A DNA stretch of 64,000 bases, from positions 75,640,001-75,704,000 of the forward strand of contig OZ024747.1 of NCBI GenBank assembly GCA_964016885.1, read 5' to 3'. Within the stretch, counting starts at the first letter, position 1; each line of letters starts with the position of its first letter. The position numbers and the translations under genes were made by a program. This document shows, in pieces, positions 15,263 to 28,525 of this stretch. Origin of the DNA: Eledone cirrhosa (lineage: Eukaryota). The notes beneath the pieces were generated by a model. It searched no databases, was not told the origin of the DNA, and worked only from the letters and a program-made list of their open reading frames with translations.

Positions 15263-15632
15263 AGGAATGACTATTCTGCTACTTGCATTCGTTTCTGTGT
15301 ATGTATGTCATTCTATGGCTGAGAGGTTTAAGAGGTTCACATCGCAATCCCGAGGACTGGTTTTGATTCCACTAAATGGCCTTGGTTCCTAATCAGAGAG
15401 CTGTGCCTGAAAAAGGGACAACAAAAGACGTGATGGTGACAGATATGATGGCATTTATTTATAATTAAACTCGAACAAAGAACAACAATAACAACAATAA
15501 TGTGTCAAGCGAATTAGAACAGATACCTACTCGTCAACCTGACCTAGGGGAACGACTCTTCTAACAGTGACCATAATCATGTCGCTAATATTCTAATTTT
15601 AAAAATGACCTAATCACAATTGCAGCAATAAT

Positions 15633-15966
15633 GGTTTCTTATATAGGCACAAGGCCAGCAATTCTTGAGGAGGGGAAAGTCAATTAATGCGTAACTGGTA
15701 CTTTATTTTATCGACCCCGTAAGGATGAAAGGCAAAGTTAACCTAGGCGGGATTTGAACTCAGATCATTAAGGGCCTATTGTTTCTACCTTTGCCACAAG
15801 ACCAGCAATTATCCAGTACATTACTGGTACTTTATTTTATCGACTCCGTAAGGATGAAAGGCAAAGTTAACTTCGACAGTATTTAAACTCAGACCGTAAA
15901 GGGACGTAACTATGCTGGAAAGCATGGTGTCCGACCCTTCAGCGATACTGCCAAATCACCGCCCCT
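15633..15966 (-). mobile_element. Dimeric SINE family A with 15-bp target-site duplication
   Basis: Two tandem family-A units (15633-15779 truncated, 15780-15966 full) flanked by AATTGCAGCAATAAT at 15618-15632 and 15967-15981. Confidence 0.8.
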
Positions 15967-15996
15967 AATTGCAGCAATAATAATAATATTTAGTGA

Positions 15997-16200
15997 AGGC
16001 GTGTGGCTGAGTGGTTAGAGAATTGGATTCGCAATCGTAAGGTTGTGAGTTCGATTCCTGGACCAGGCGATGCGTTATGTCCTTGAGCAGGACACTTTAT
16101 TTCACGTTGCTCCTTCTACCTGGAGTTGCGACCGATAGATAGTATTAGCAATTGGAAAGACCAACGGAAACATTGTTCCCTCGGTCCGATTTGACGAAAG
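15997..16200 (+). mobile_element. tRNA-derived SINE family B, tail variant 2
   Basis: A box TGGCTGAGTGG (16004), B box GTTCGATTCC (16049), core GTCCTTGAGCAGGACACTTTATTTCACGTTGCTCC. The tail matches 24093-24175 in reverse. Confidence 0.85.
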
Positions 16201-16517
16201 TCGATCGTTCCTTATTAGTGGTCGAAGATCAGGGAAAATATCGAATTATTTTCCAGAGTGGTATTAATAATACAACAGCATGATTCGATGTGTTGGGTAA
16301 TGTTGATACACCGCTTTGAATAAATTTAGCTGATTATGTTGGCCTCAGTCCTTCTTTTTTGAAGTCTGGTTCTTATTTTATCGATCTTTTTTGTTGAACC
16401 GTTAAGTAAACATAAACACACACAAACACATTTATATATATACACGTAGTTGGGAAGAGAAATTCTTACCACTCGAGAGATGAATTAATGTGTGTATAAA
16501 GATGTGTATATATATGT

Positions 16518-16590
<73 letters not shown>

Positions 16591-16634
16591 TATATATATA
16601 TAGATAGATAGATATAATTCCTTTTATTAATATA

Positions 16635-16667
<33 letters not shown>

Positions 16668-16692
16668 ATATGTATATATATGTATGTATATA

Positions 16693-16830
<138 letters not shown>

Positions 16831-17064
16831 TGTGTGTAATATAATTAATTTTGTATAGATTCGTGTTGAATAGAATATATATTACAACGATTTTAATTAG
16901 TTTTTTCCGGCAAATTTCACGAATTTTGTCTGAGAATATCACTAATTAAATTATTGTCAATTTGTCAGTAGAAAGCTTGAGTTCCCTTAGAATGCTACAT
17001 ACTTAGCAAATTAAGAATATTTGGGTTGTCATGTTATAATTTCTCTACATATATATTTTAGATA

Positions 17065-17180
17065 CTGCCGAGGTTAACTTTGATTTCATCCTTACGGGGT
17101 CGATGAAATAAAGTACCAATGACATACTGAGGTCAATTTAATCGACGTTCCCCTCCCTCTGAAATTACTGGTTTTGTTCC
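17065..17180 (+). mobile_element. SINE family A, 5'-truncated
   Basis: GCCGAGGTTAACTTTGATTTCATCCTTACGGGGTCGATGAAATAAAGTACC core. Confidence 0.7.
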
Positions 17181-17317
17181 TCAATCAGAAGCCATTATTT
17201 GCCTGTACGTCTTGTCCTGACTATGAGGTCGCTGACTATGAGTCTATGTTGGGAGGTGCATTCTTCATGGGGGAGGGATTTAGTGTTTAGAACAGACACT
17301 CTATCACGTCTTCTGGT

Positions 17318-17510
17318 AAGGGCGGTGAATTGGCAGTATCAGTAGAGGGTTGGACGCCATGCTTTCTAGCATAGTTACATCCCTTTACGGTTTGAGTTCA
17401 AATCCCGTCGAGGTTAACTTTGCCTTTCATCCTTACGGGGTCGATAAAATAAAGTACCAGTAGTGTACTGGGTAATTGCTGGCCTTGTGCCAAAAGTAGA
17501 AACAATTATT
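17318..17510 (+). mobile_element. SINE family A, full length
   Basis: GGCGGTGAATTGGCAG head, GAGTTCAAATCCC B box, Nin/Deu-like core, GGCCTTGTGCCAAAAGTAGAAACAATTATT end. Confidence 0.88.
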
Positions 17511-17777
17511 TGCCTATATTACCGGTGTCTGTGCCACAGAATATATAAACAGCAAAACATATTTACGACGCTCTTCATTCTACCGCCGATGAAGGTATCA
17601 ATAGGTTCTTTTACGTCTATATAAACTTACATACCAGAAGACTAAGGGGATCGAATATATATTTCTTTCACGTGTCTCTCTCCGTTTCTGTTTATTTGTT
17701 TCACGTTTAATCCCATTCTCATCAATTACTTTCCACAAAAAAGTATTTTCATTGTAACTGTAAAATATATATACATA

Positions 17778-18067
17778 TCTATATATCTAAAACAGAGAAT
17801 GTCTGTCTGACTCCATAAAACTCAAGAACCACCTAACCGATTGTTTTCAAACTTTACACATGTAATACTTGTGGTCCTGTTAGTGTTTTGAGCAAAAAAT
17901 ATTTCAAAATTTCGATGCCGTAGGGACCGCATTAGGCGATTTAGAGATCTCTCTCTATAATTCTTAGTCTTTCTTTTTAGATAGATACATAGATATAACG
18001 TTGCGCCCTTATAATATCTGTCTGTATGTCTGGCTGTCTGCATTACGACATTATGACGCTATATGTA

Positions 18068-18106
<39 letters not shown>

Positions 18107-18257
18107 ATATAATGTGTGTATATATATATATATTTATATATAGGGTGTAACGTTTTTCGAAATATTTACTTCTGCGTTCACAGATTGATTTTTTTAGTTT
18201 CAGAAGATCCCGTTAACGGTGAAAGCAGTGATTCTTTGCTTAAACTTTAATCTGTTA

Positions 18258-18304
<47 letters not shown>

Positions 18305-18463
18305 TATATATATATATATATATTCGTCTACAGATATTTTTGCATACACAATAACAAAATATAAACAAACGTATTTATTTCACGAGGCTCGATAAGGATA
18401 AATATATATCAAATATATAAGAAACCTAGAGTCAATCCCGAGCAATGCGAGCCATTCTGCTAG
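17778..18463 (+). mobile_element. Non-autonomous Helitron
   Basis: 5' A|TCTATATATCTAAAA and 3' GC-rich subterminal CCCGAGCAATGCGAGC followed by CTAG|T. Insertion between A and T without a TSD matches Helitron termini. Confidence 0.65.
18196..18246 (+). ncRNA. Degenerate type-I hammerhead motif
   Basis: AGTTT-CAGAAGA(core U4 mutated)-TCCCGTTAACGGT-GAAA-GCA...TGC-TT-AAACT. All three stems pair. Confidence 0.5.
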
Positions 18464-18509
18464 TAATTACTAAAAGAAGAAGTCTAAAGCCTATCTAGAG
18501 CTTAGAGGC

Positions 18510-18724
18510 TCATTAGGCTGGCTCTTCGTTCGGTTTCCGTGGCATGAAGCGATTGAGAGTATAAGACTACGTCCTAGACAGAACGCCAGTCCAGCGCGGG
18601 GTTAAACCTTCAGGTATAGCTGGTCCGCATTTTCAGCTGTGTATACTGCCCAAGAACACAACACAGAACCCAGTCAAGGAATGGCACCCACGACATTATG
18701 ATCGTAAAGCATTTAATTCGCCGC

Positions 18725-18725
<1 letters not shown>
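18510..18725 (-). mobile_element. SINE family B-like, degenerate
   Basis: TTTTCAGCTG...CCAAGAACACAACACAG...CAAGGAATGGCACCC resembles the reverse-complement core and B-box region. Confidence 0.5.
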
Positions 18726-18805
<80 letters not shown>

Positions 18806-18807
<2 letters not shown>

Positions 18808-19058
18808 GAGAAAGTATGACCCCGACGGCAGAGCTCAAGCCGTTTCGACGTTATGGTACTCTGCGTTGAGTACTCTGGTGCGTTATGGTCCATCTGGTTC
18901 CTTACCACAACTCCTTCGTTATATATATATATATACTTAGGGTAGTAGAGTGGGTAATAGGAAAATGTTTAACCCCGACGGCAGAGCTCAAGCCGTTTCG
19001 ACGGCTATTTCTGAGTCGAAACGGCTTGAGCTCTGCCGTCGGAGTTAAACATTTTCCT
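18806..19058. mobile_element. Two family-K fold-back fragments in (TA)n
   Basis: 18957-19058 is a palindrome centred on GTTTCGACGGCTATTTCTGAGTCGAAAC; 18806-18920 is an inverted chimera. Confidence 0.75.
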
Positions 19059-20035
19059 ATATATATATATATATGTGTGTGTGTACGTATACATATGTGT
19101 GTGTGCGTGTTTTCGTGTGTGTGTATAATATATATTCATATCCACTCATACAAACATATATATATCACCAAGTCACTTTCTATCTCTTTTTATATAACGT
19201 AATTTAATTTACAAGTGTCTTCTTATATTAGCTGTATCTTTGTGTCAGTGAATATTTATGACTTTTCATCCGTGTGAATAAAAGACAGCCAATATGAATT
19301 TATGGAATATTTACAACAAGCATCCTGGAAAAACGTAGTTGACGATTCACTTCACCCGCCGCTGTCGAAATACGGACGTTACTTATTTAGATACAGAATA
19401 TACAATAGTTGTCAACATCACGAATTGTTGGTAAATGTGACCAGGTCCGGATAATGGTATGAAATGATCATTTTATATATCATCAATGTAGTGAAAAATA
19501 ACTTGAACGTGCTATACTCACAGATGCAATAAGTATGGATGTTTAAATACGTGCCATGAAGCATGGCAGTATTCGTTCAGGTTCATTAAGAAGGTAGTTT
19601 TATATATGTTGGTGTTTATGTATATATGTAGGTTTTTATGTACCTATGTGTGTATGTAGGTAGGTATTTATATATGTATATATATATATGTAGGTATTTA
19701 TTTATGTAGGTAGTTATTATGTATATATATGTAGGTATTTAATGTGTGTATATATATATATATGTATATATAATGTGTCCCTTAGCGCCTTGTGCGTGTA
19801 GGAACACATATTCTATTATTACTATTCTCCTCTATGTTGAGAAAAAAATTTGGTCGTTCTGACTGCTGCTAGTTATAGCGGTACCCGACTGACCTCCCTG
19901 CCTCTGCCTCTATCTTTACACTCGGCCCTTGAAAAAAATTGATTCCACTTCATTTACTCTCATCTCGGGAACAATTTTGAATAGCGCCAGTTCGTAATTT
20001 AAATTCGAGAATTTTATATTCTTCGAATGTAAAGA

Positions 20036-20119
20036 ACCTTCTGACGAGAATCTTTCTTTGCAACGAAGGCCGTATGGACTCCGTTTATTTTTGAGATTCG
20101 AAACCGATTCGGTAAAGGT
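20036..20119 (+). ncRNA. Canonical type-I hammerhead ribozyme motif
   Basis: ACCTT-CTGACGA-GAATCT...AGATTC-GAAA-CCG.ATT.CGG-TA-AAGGT. All three stems pair, G10.1-C11.1 is present, and GUA cleavage is predicted after 20114. Confidence 0.85.
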
Positions 20120-20195
20120 AACTATAGTAAGTAATGTTAATATTTTTAAATTTATTTTGAAACTTTTTCCTTATTTGCTAAACCTTGATTATATA

Positions 20196-20278
<83 letters not shown>

Positions 20279-20284
<6 letters not shown>

Positions 20285-20466
20285 AGCTTTCATAGTATTT
20301 TTGACTAAAGGAATTTTAGCCTGATAATGGGGTTTAGAACCCTCAGATAAATGGAAAAAGATGAGTATTGACGTCAATACTCATCTTTTTCCATTTATCT
20401 GAGGGTTCTAAACCCTATTATCAGGCTAAAATTCCTTTAGTAAAAAATACGGTGAAAGCTATTCTA
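20279..20466. repeat. Spacer-less palindrome (~94-bp arms) in (TA)n
   Basis: Symmetric about GACGTC at 20370-20375. Confidence 0.9.
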
Positions 20467-20510
20467 TTTTCTAATTTCAAACCTGCTCACTGTTTCAAAA
20501 CATACTTACT

Positions 20511-20545
<35 letters not shown>

Positions 20546-20768
20546 GGAATAAAAAAAATGGGCTGAGACAAAGGAAGAACGGACAAACCCTGGACAGTCC
20601 CATATTGTCCGTCGACCTCTGGAGGTCTTCGCCGTTTCAGTCCTTTAAGGTCGATACAACTAGCTTCAGTGTGCATGGGATTATAGTAAATGAACACAAG
20701 GCATGGTGATTGATCTTTCGACTATTTACAAATAAAATTTACTACATCTCTTTTCCAATGACTCTTTT

Positions 20769-20803
<35 letters not shown>

Positions 20804-20808
<5 letters not shown>

Positions 20809-20938
20809 GAAGGAAATGTGGTAAGGAACCAGGTGGACCATAACGCACCAAAGTACTCAATACTTAGGGTAGTAGAGTGGGTAATAGGAACGAGTAGGAC
20901 CCGACGGCTGAGCTCAAGCCGTCGGGGTCCTACTCGTT

Positions 20939-20979
<41 letters not shown>

Positions 20980-21061
20980 CTCTTCTCCTATTACCCACTC
21001 TACTACCCTAAGTATCGCGTACTCTGGTGCATTATGGTCCACCCGGTTTCTTACCATACTT

Positions 21062-21066
<5 letters not shown>
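20804..21066. mobile_element. Family-K fold-back element split by a (TA)n run
   Basis: 20804-20890 is inverted relative to 20978-21066; the centre is GACCCGACGGCTGAGCTCAAGCCGTCGGGGTC. Confidence 0.78.
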
Positions 21067-21142
<76 letters not shown>

Positions 21143-21291
21143 TATCTGTGCGGATGACGGTTTAACTATCGTCTCAGTGTGTTTGGCTTTTAACGTATGT
21201 TGTAGCTCTGGTTCATCTGAATCATTAAGCGCTTGCCACACATCTCGGAAGTTGTTTTTCGTTAATTCATAGGCCGAAATACGATTCTCGC

Positions 21292-21354
<63 letters not shown>

Positions 21355-21358
<4 letters not shown>

Positions 21359-21503
21359 TCTACTTTAGGCACAAGGCAAGCAATTACCCAGTGCATTACT
21401 GGTACTTTATTTTATCGACCCCGTAAGGATGAAAGGCAAAGTCAACCTCGGCGGGATTTGAACTCAGATCGTAAAGGGACGTAACTATGCTGGAAAGCAT
21501 GGC
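21355..21503 (-). mobile_element. SINE family A, 5'-truncated
   Basis: Reverse complement of 17360-17505. Confidence 0.85.
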
Positions 21504-21975
21504 GACACGCATACATATATACATTTTTTGTGTGGAATGTGTCGCTGTGTAAAGGTGAGTGGCATATATAAGCATGTGTCTTTATGTGTGTTTATATGTA
21601 CTACGTTGGTGGATGTCTAAGTGTCTAGGTGCGCGTATAAAAAATGAATGAAAAAACTGTTAATCGTAAGCATTATAGAAGTACAGTATAACTTCTAACA
21701 AAATTTCAGAATTCGTCAAACGCCAAAGTTACTATTGCTGATCAAAGAACATTGTAATACGACTGATGGTGTATTGGCATGTTCTTAACTATTAGAGCGC
21801 CTATACGTTCATCATACACACACACATCCATACACACATACACATATATTCATATGTATATCTATCTATATACACATATACATATGTATATATATGAATA
21901 TATATATATATATGTACATAAATGTACGTGTATATATAATTATATAAATATATGTATATACTGTATATATGCATA

Positions 21976-22016
<41 letters not shown>

Positions 22017-22085
22017 ATATATGTATATATGTATGCATATATATATATGTATATATGCCTATATGCATATATATTTGTTTATAAA

Positions 22086-22126
<41 letters not shown>

Positions 22127-22372
22127 TATGTATCTGTATATAAGTATATATATGCATATATATATGTTTACATAACCATAAATAGTATAACTAATACTAT
22201 ATGTATATATATACTTATATATGCATATATATGCATATATATATATGCATATATATGCATATATACATGCATATCTATACATATACATGTATATATATAT
22301 ATATGCACATATATATATATATATATTTATATATATGCATACACACACACACAAGCTCGCACACAGGCAAAA

Positions 22373-22420
<48 letters not shown>

Positions 22421-22589
22421 ACACACATATATATAATTCCTGTAGGCTTGGAAACCAATAAATATAGTATTGGGAGAAAAAATAAATCATAATTGAATAG
22501 CTCCAAGGAAAAAATAATTTTTGTTTTTCTTAGTTTTTTGTGGTGGGGAAATATCTTAGAATTTAGTTAGTTTGATCTCGTTTTGAAAA

Positions 22590-22814
22590 TGTGAAATTCA
22601 TGCGTGAGTTTTGTGTGTGTGTCATTAATTGTTTGTGTGTGTGTGCTTTTGTATGCGTGTGTATGTGTGTGTGTGCGTTTGTATGTGTGTTTGTATGTGT
22701 GTCTGTGTGTGTGTTTGTATGTGTGTCTGTGTGTGTGTGTGTGTGTGTGTGTTTGCATGTGTGCATCTGTGTGTGTTTGTATGTGTGTGTGTGTGTTGTG
22801 TATGTGTGTTTGTA

Positions 22815-22852
<38 letters not shown>

Positions 22853-23135
22853 TATGTGTGTCTGTGTGTGTGTGTATGTGTGAGTATGTGTTTGTGTGTG
22901 TGTGTGTGTTTGTATGTGTGTATCTGTGTGAGTTTGTGTGTGTGTGTGTGTATGTGTGTGTGTTTATTTTTGTATGTATGTATAGATGTGAATATCGGTG
23001 AGTATTTGTGTGTGTATCTATGTTTGTATGTACGTATGGATGTGAATATCGGTGTGTGTGAGTATGTGTGTGTGAATGTGTGTATGTGCATGTGTGTCTG
23101 TGTGCATGAGTGGGAGTGTGTTTGCGCATGTGTAT
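22590..23135. repeat. Degenerate (GT)n/(GTAT)n microsatellite block
   Basis: Directly visible; source of the spurious His/Thr and Cys/Val ORFs. Confidence 0.95.
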
Positions 23136-23525
23136 ATAAATCTATCCCCGTATGTATAATGAGAGAGAGAGGAAGAGATAGGAAGAGACAGACATGAGGG
23201 TAGTATGAGGTTAAGCAAGACTTTCAGCTAAATATTTCACATGAATTATATATCATTGATATTATTGCTAACTCTATCATTAGTAGAATAGTAACTATAA
23301 TTATAATTACAATAATAATTAGAATCGATGTTATTATTATTATCAATAAAGGTAATAATATTCTAATAGTAATAATAAGGATAATTATAAATAATATTTT
23401 AAAGTTATCTGCGTATTTCCTATGAATTTCTAGTATGTAAGTATATATATATACGTCCATATATATATATATATATATATAAACGGAAAAAATGAAACGA
23501 AATTTCATTTCTCACTCTTACTACG

Positions 23526-23562
<37 letters not shown>

Positions 23563-24092
23563 CCTTAATTTCTGATTGAAATATTTCAATTAATCAAAGA
23601 GCTCAATTTTCCTTCAGTACAGGAACATTTTGTCAATTCGTGAAATTTATCGACTTATCGATATTTTAATGATTGGATGATGTTGATTTTCTTTATTCCT
23701 ATATTGAAATATTTATTTATTTGTTGTGTTCTGTTTCATCCCAGATAAATAACTGATATGAATGAGAAATCAATCGACAAGATACCAGACCTCAGTAGCT
23801 TACCGAGTGAGGTAGAACTCGTCAAATCCCACCAAGGGAACAATGATTCCATTGGTTTTACCATTACTGATACTATGTACCGGTCTCAGCTCCTAACAGA
23901 ATATATATACATACATATACATATATATACATACATATAAACATATATACATAGGCATACACACATATACATAGGCATACACACGTAGATATATGTATAT
24001 ACACACATACATATACATATATATATATATAGAGAGAGAGGTGGAATCAATCGACATGTTCACAGACATTCACATATCGAGTGAAGTGTAAC

Positions 24093-24292
24093 TCGTGAAA
24101 TTGGACCAAGGAGACAATGTTTCCAATGGTTTTTCCATTACTGATACTATCTATCGGTCGCAACTCCGGGCAGAAAGAACATCGTGAAATAGATTGTCTT
24201 GTTTAAGGACATAACGCCTGGCCTGGGAATCGAACTCGCAATCTCACGATTGTAAATCTAATTCTCTAACCCCGAAGCTACGCACTTTCACT
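24093..24292 (-). mobile_element. SINE family B, tail variant 2
   Basis: Reverse-complement match to 15997-16200 (GGGAATCGAACTC B box). A tail fragment also occurs at 23819-23890. Confidence 0.75.
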
Positions 24293-24635
24293 AATATAAA
24301 TGAAACGATTTATTTCAATGAAATATTGTCACATTGTTAAGGTATTCGGCTCAGGATCAAAATACTTTCCATATGAATCCTGGTGGAGTATTTTGTCCTT
24401 GAGCAATACAATTTATTTCACATTAATCAGTCAACTCAGCTGGAATAAAATGAATTATATCTGAATTCAATAAGTCAGGTGTGTCACCAGGGTCTCATGG
24501 TGATTTTTTTGCGATCTAGCTTAGGGCTTCACGTGTCTGTGGAAAAGCTCAACCACCTGCATGTTAATTTCATGAGAAAGATGTCCGTTTCCCTTGACCA
24601 AACAACAGGCGCATTTGTTGACGTAACCGAAGGAA

Positions 24636-24754
<119 letters not shown>

Positions 24755-25083
24755 GCCTTGAGTAAGAAACTCTATTTCTCATTGTTCCAGTCAATGTATA
24801 GCTGAAAAAATGAGTTGTACTTGTAATTGAAAAGTATAGACTTGTTATACACTGTTGTTCTGCTGAGTCTCCCTGAGAACTACAGTAACATTACATACAT
24901 ATGACTGGAATGTTCAGCGATTTCTACGTTAATTTTATGAACAAGCTGTTCCGTTGATCAAACAACTAGGAACCGACGGAGATCCAACACTCACGCACAC
25001 ATGCACAACACAAATACACACACATACACAAATACACGCACTTAACGCATATTCTACCGCACACACACACACATATATGCATG

Positions 25084-25150
<67 letters not shown>

Positions 25151-25172
25151 ATATATATGTGTGTGTGTGTGG

Positions 25173-25239
<67 letters not shown>

Positions 25240-25241
25240 TT

Positions 25242-25278
<37 letters not shown>

Positions 25279-26536
25279 AATCACTTTAATATTTATCATT
25301 ATTACTGTTAAGCTGCTGGTTTAATTTTTGATGCATGTTTGATATAAATAAAGCGATTTATTTTATTGGAATCTCGTCATATTAGATGTTGCTATTATTC
25401 GTGCGAGATTGAAACGATGTTTTATTTGTATGTAATAATATATTTTATTTGCATGTAATAATATATTTAGTTGGGAGGAAAGAAAATGTGCATATAACCT
25501 TAATGGGTTCTGACAGACTACTAAGATTGATGAGATTCTTCCGGTTTTTATTTAAATTCAGATTGATGTCTCTATGGAAACCGTAGCTAGGGAAGTAGCT
25601 CTTTCCCGCTCCAATTGGAATCAATGAAGAGTGCTTAGTGTGGGATTTTATGGGTGAAATGCCGTCGAGATTATGTCAGAAAGAGGGAGAATGTGGTGGA
25701 TATAAGCTGGCCCGCATCATGCAAATTGAAAACGTTGTGAGCATTTACAGTTGATGATAACATGTTCTGCATTGATATATTGTAATATATGGTTTGGTAT
25801 GATATGGTATAGTCCCGTAACTCCGGAGGGAGTCATAGTCGCACCGTAGTAGTGTACGGCGGTCCTTAGGGCATTTTAAGCATGGCAGGGCCCATCCCTC
25901 TCCAGGCCTGAATTTTGCAGATTACTTCCAGAGAAGGATTGGAAGTGAACGAAGAAGTGAGAAAGACATGAACACCAGTACTGGAAAGGATGAAAGGTAA
26001 AGTTGACCTTAGTGGGATTTGAACTCAGAAAGCAGATAGCAGGGAAACCGGGATAAGCACTAACCTGATGATCCTCCAGACAAACTTTAGTCATTACATC
26101 TGAGGATGTGAAAGCTATACAATGAATTATAAGATTTAATATTAGAACCAAATTTGACATTTTTATTGTATTTAAAGTTAAGAGATCCTTAATCCCAAGA
26201 GGTGAATGGACAGGGGTGGTAGTAGGAGCTGTCCAGAAACTGAACGGGAGATTCCTCTGGGATCTAATAAAGAATCTTTCTTCAAACATCTGAATTTTAC
26301 AATTTAATAACATTTCTCATCCGCCATTCTTACGTAATTTATTTCAGTTCCATCTTTTTATGAATAGTCAATTGTATGGAAATTGTATGGACATGTTTTT
26401 TCAGTAGATTTAAAACAGATGTCAATCTTTACTATACGAAATATAGGTGTGTATGTATGTATGTATGTATGTATGTATGTATGTATGTATGTATGTATGT
26501 ATGTATGTATGTATGTATGTATGTATGTATGTATGT

Positions 26537-27140
26537 CAGGTCACCAGTTGGTGCTGCAGGTAACATGTATCCCAGTACAACCTGTCTCATGGTCGGGTCG
26601 TTGGCGACTAAACTAGCAACCCCACCAAGGTTTCTTGGTGAGGAGGGTGACTTTGGACACCCTGCAGGACTAAAAACAAAACCTGTCAAAGGGCAAAGGA
26701 GCTCTTCGAGTCAATGGCCATCCAAAATCACTGGAGAGATGACCCTTAGCCTTTGTCAAGGCAGAATTCTAGGAGAGAGAAAACTCTGATATAACACCTG
26801 CAACCCTGATGGTATCCAATGATGTTGACTTGTTCTTCTTTTTGGTAAATATCATCTTGGTTAAGAGAGTGGGACTGGCTTTGTGCAGGGCCTTTGCTCA
26901 CTATAAAAGCTTCACGGCACAGGCATTGCTTTATATCTGGAGATCTCTTTGCCCTTGTCGTCACATGGTACCATGGGCCCAGCACTATTGGTCAATAATT
27001 GTCACAAGTATAACATTTGTACCAGAGTTTTCAAGTCGCTGGCTGGACTAAAAAGTCACATTCGTTCAGCGCATCGGTAGGGGTTCTCCTACATGGATAT
27101 AAAGTAGTGGCCGTACTCGAAAACGAGTTGGCAGCCACCA
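26537..27140 (+). mobile_element. ~600-bp non-autonomous RTE-type retroelement (5'UTR-like part plus zinc-finger 3' end, (TATG)n tail)
   Basis: Four aligned copies in the window. RTE-like 5' motif GGAGAAGGAAAACTCTGAT; 3' frame ends in a C2H2 finger remnant (CSVCTRVFKSLAGLKSHxRSAHR* consensus); terminal hairpin CTCG-AAAA-CGAG then (TATG)n. Confidence 0.8.
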
Positions 27141-28525
27141 TGTATGTATGTATGTATGTATGTATGTATGTATGTATGTATGTATGTATGTATTATGTAT
27201 GCATGCATGCATGTATGTATGTATGTATGTATGTATGTATGTATGTATGTATGTATGTATGTATGTATGTATGTATGTATGTATGTATCAATGTATCAAT
27301 GTATGTATGTGGTTTAATTGCTGTTTCTGGTAGATCGTCTGACCACGTAGATGCGATAAATTTGGACTTATTTGGTTTCATACATTTTGTTTACATTTAA
27401 AGCTAGAGTCTCTACATTTTCATTGGATATCGAAATAATAATCAGATTATTTTCTCGTCATAAATATAATGAATAACATTCTCTTTGATAATTTATTAAA
27501 AAGAGTTGATCGCAACCAGAATGACAAATACATAACCATTCTGGACATTACTAAACTGTTTGTGAAAAGTATATCTCGTAATACGTTATTTAGTGTTTCA
27601 TTATGACAATCGAAGGTAATTTGCCAGCAGCCATTTCTGAAAAGTTCAGTGACCTTGCATGTATGTTTGTTTGCTTGAAAGAGATTCATAAGGTTGTAAC
27701 TTATCCTGATTTCATTGGGATGAAATTACTGAGATTAGAAGCCCTGTTTGGCGCAGGGTTACATTTCAGAGCTGTTTCTTCTCACTATTTCCTTCTGAAT
27801 GAACTGGATCAAAGTAAAATGATGTGTCTTGCTCACAACACATAGGTCGGTAAGGAAATCCAGTCCGCAACCTTCCGATGATGCCCGAATACTCTAACAT
27901 CTAGGCTGCACAGCTTCGTATAGTATTGTTTAAATATTGTGAACTATGATTTTAAAATGAACAGCAACATTCTAATTAGAAAAAATTATGAGGTGAGGAA
28001 AAGACAGTTTTTGTACAAGACACCCAGTAATTATTTTATCGATCCCAGGGGGATATGAACTAAAAATACTCTTTTAAATAATTTATGAGCTGTAATGCTT
28101 ATCTTGAAATCTGCATAAATATTAGTGAAATGTAGCCTGAGGTCAAGAATATTCTAAAAAGTTTTCATTCCCCTCAGTCCATCTGTCAAACTGTCAGATT
28201 CTTGCTGTTACTCTGACGGATTATTGCTATCTACCTGTCAGTTTATTATTCACAGTGAGAATCTCTATCAGTATCTTCTAATGTCTGACGGTTTTATCAG
28301 TCTACCACCCTGCAGCTCCTGTCTAATTATTAGTACGCAGACGTTCATACATACATATGTATGTACATACATACATGTGTATGTACATGGTGTTTGTATG
28401 TACATACAAAGAGGCATACGTACGTACATACATAGACACATGCATACGTTCATATAAACATTTATGTATGTATACATGTATACATGTATGTATGTATGTA
28501 TGTATGTATGTATGTATGTATGTAT

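Noticed and set aside
15997-16070. tRNA gene
   Set aside because: A/B boxes are present, but the sequence continues into the SINE core and no convincing cloverleaf forms.
21140-21295. Possible hammerhead in a TA island (CGGATGA...)
   Set aside because: Core mutated and no correctly placed GAAA or stems.
26809-27051. 80-aa ORF repeated at 30163 and 59505, plus antisense ORFs
   Set aside because: Shared by descent among young repeat copies; the recognisable zinc finger is in another frame.
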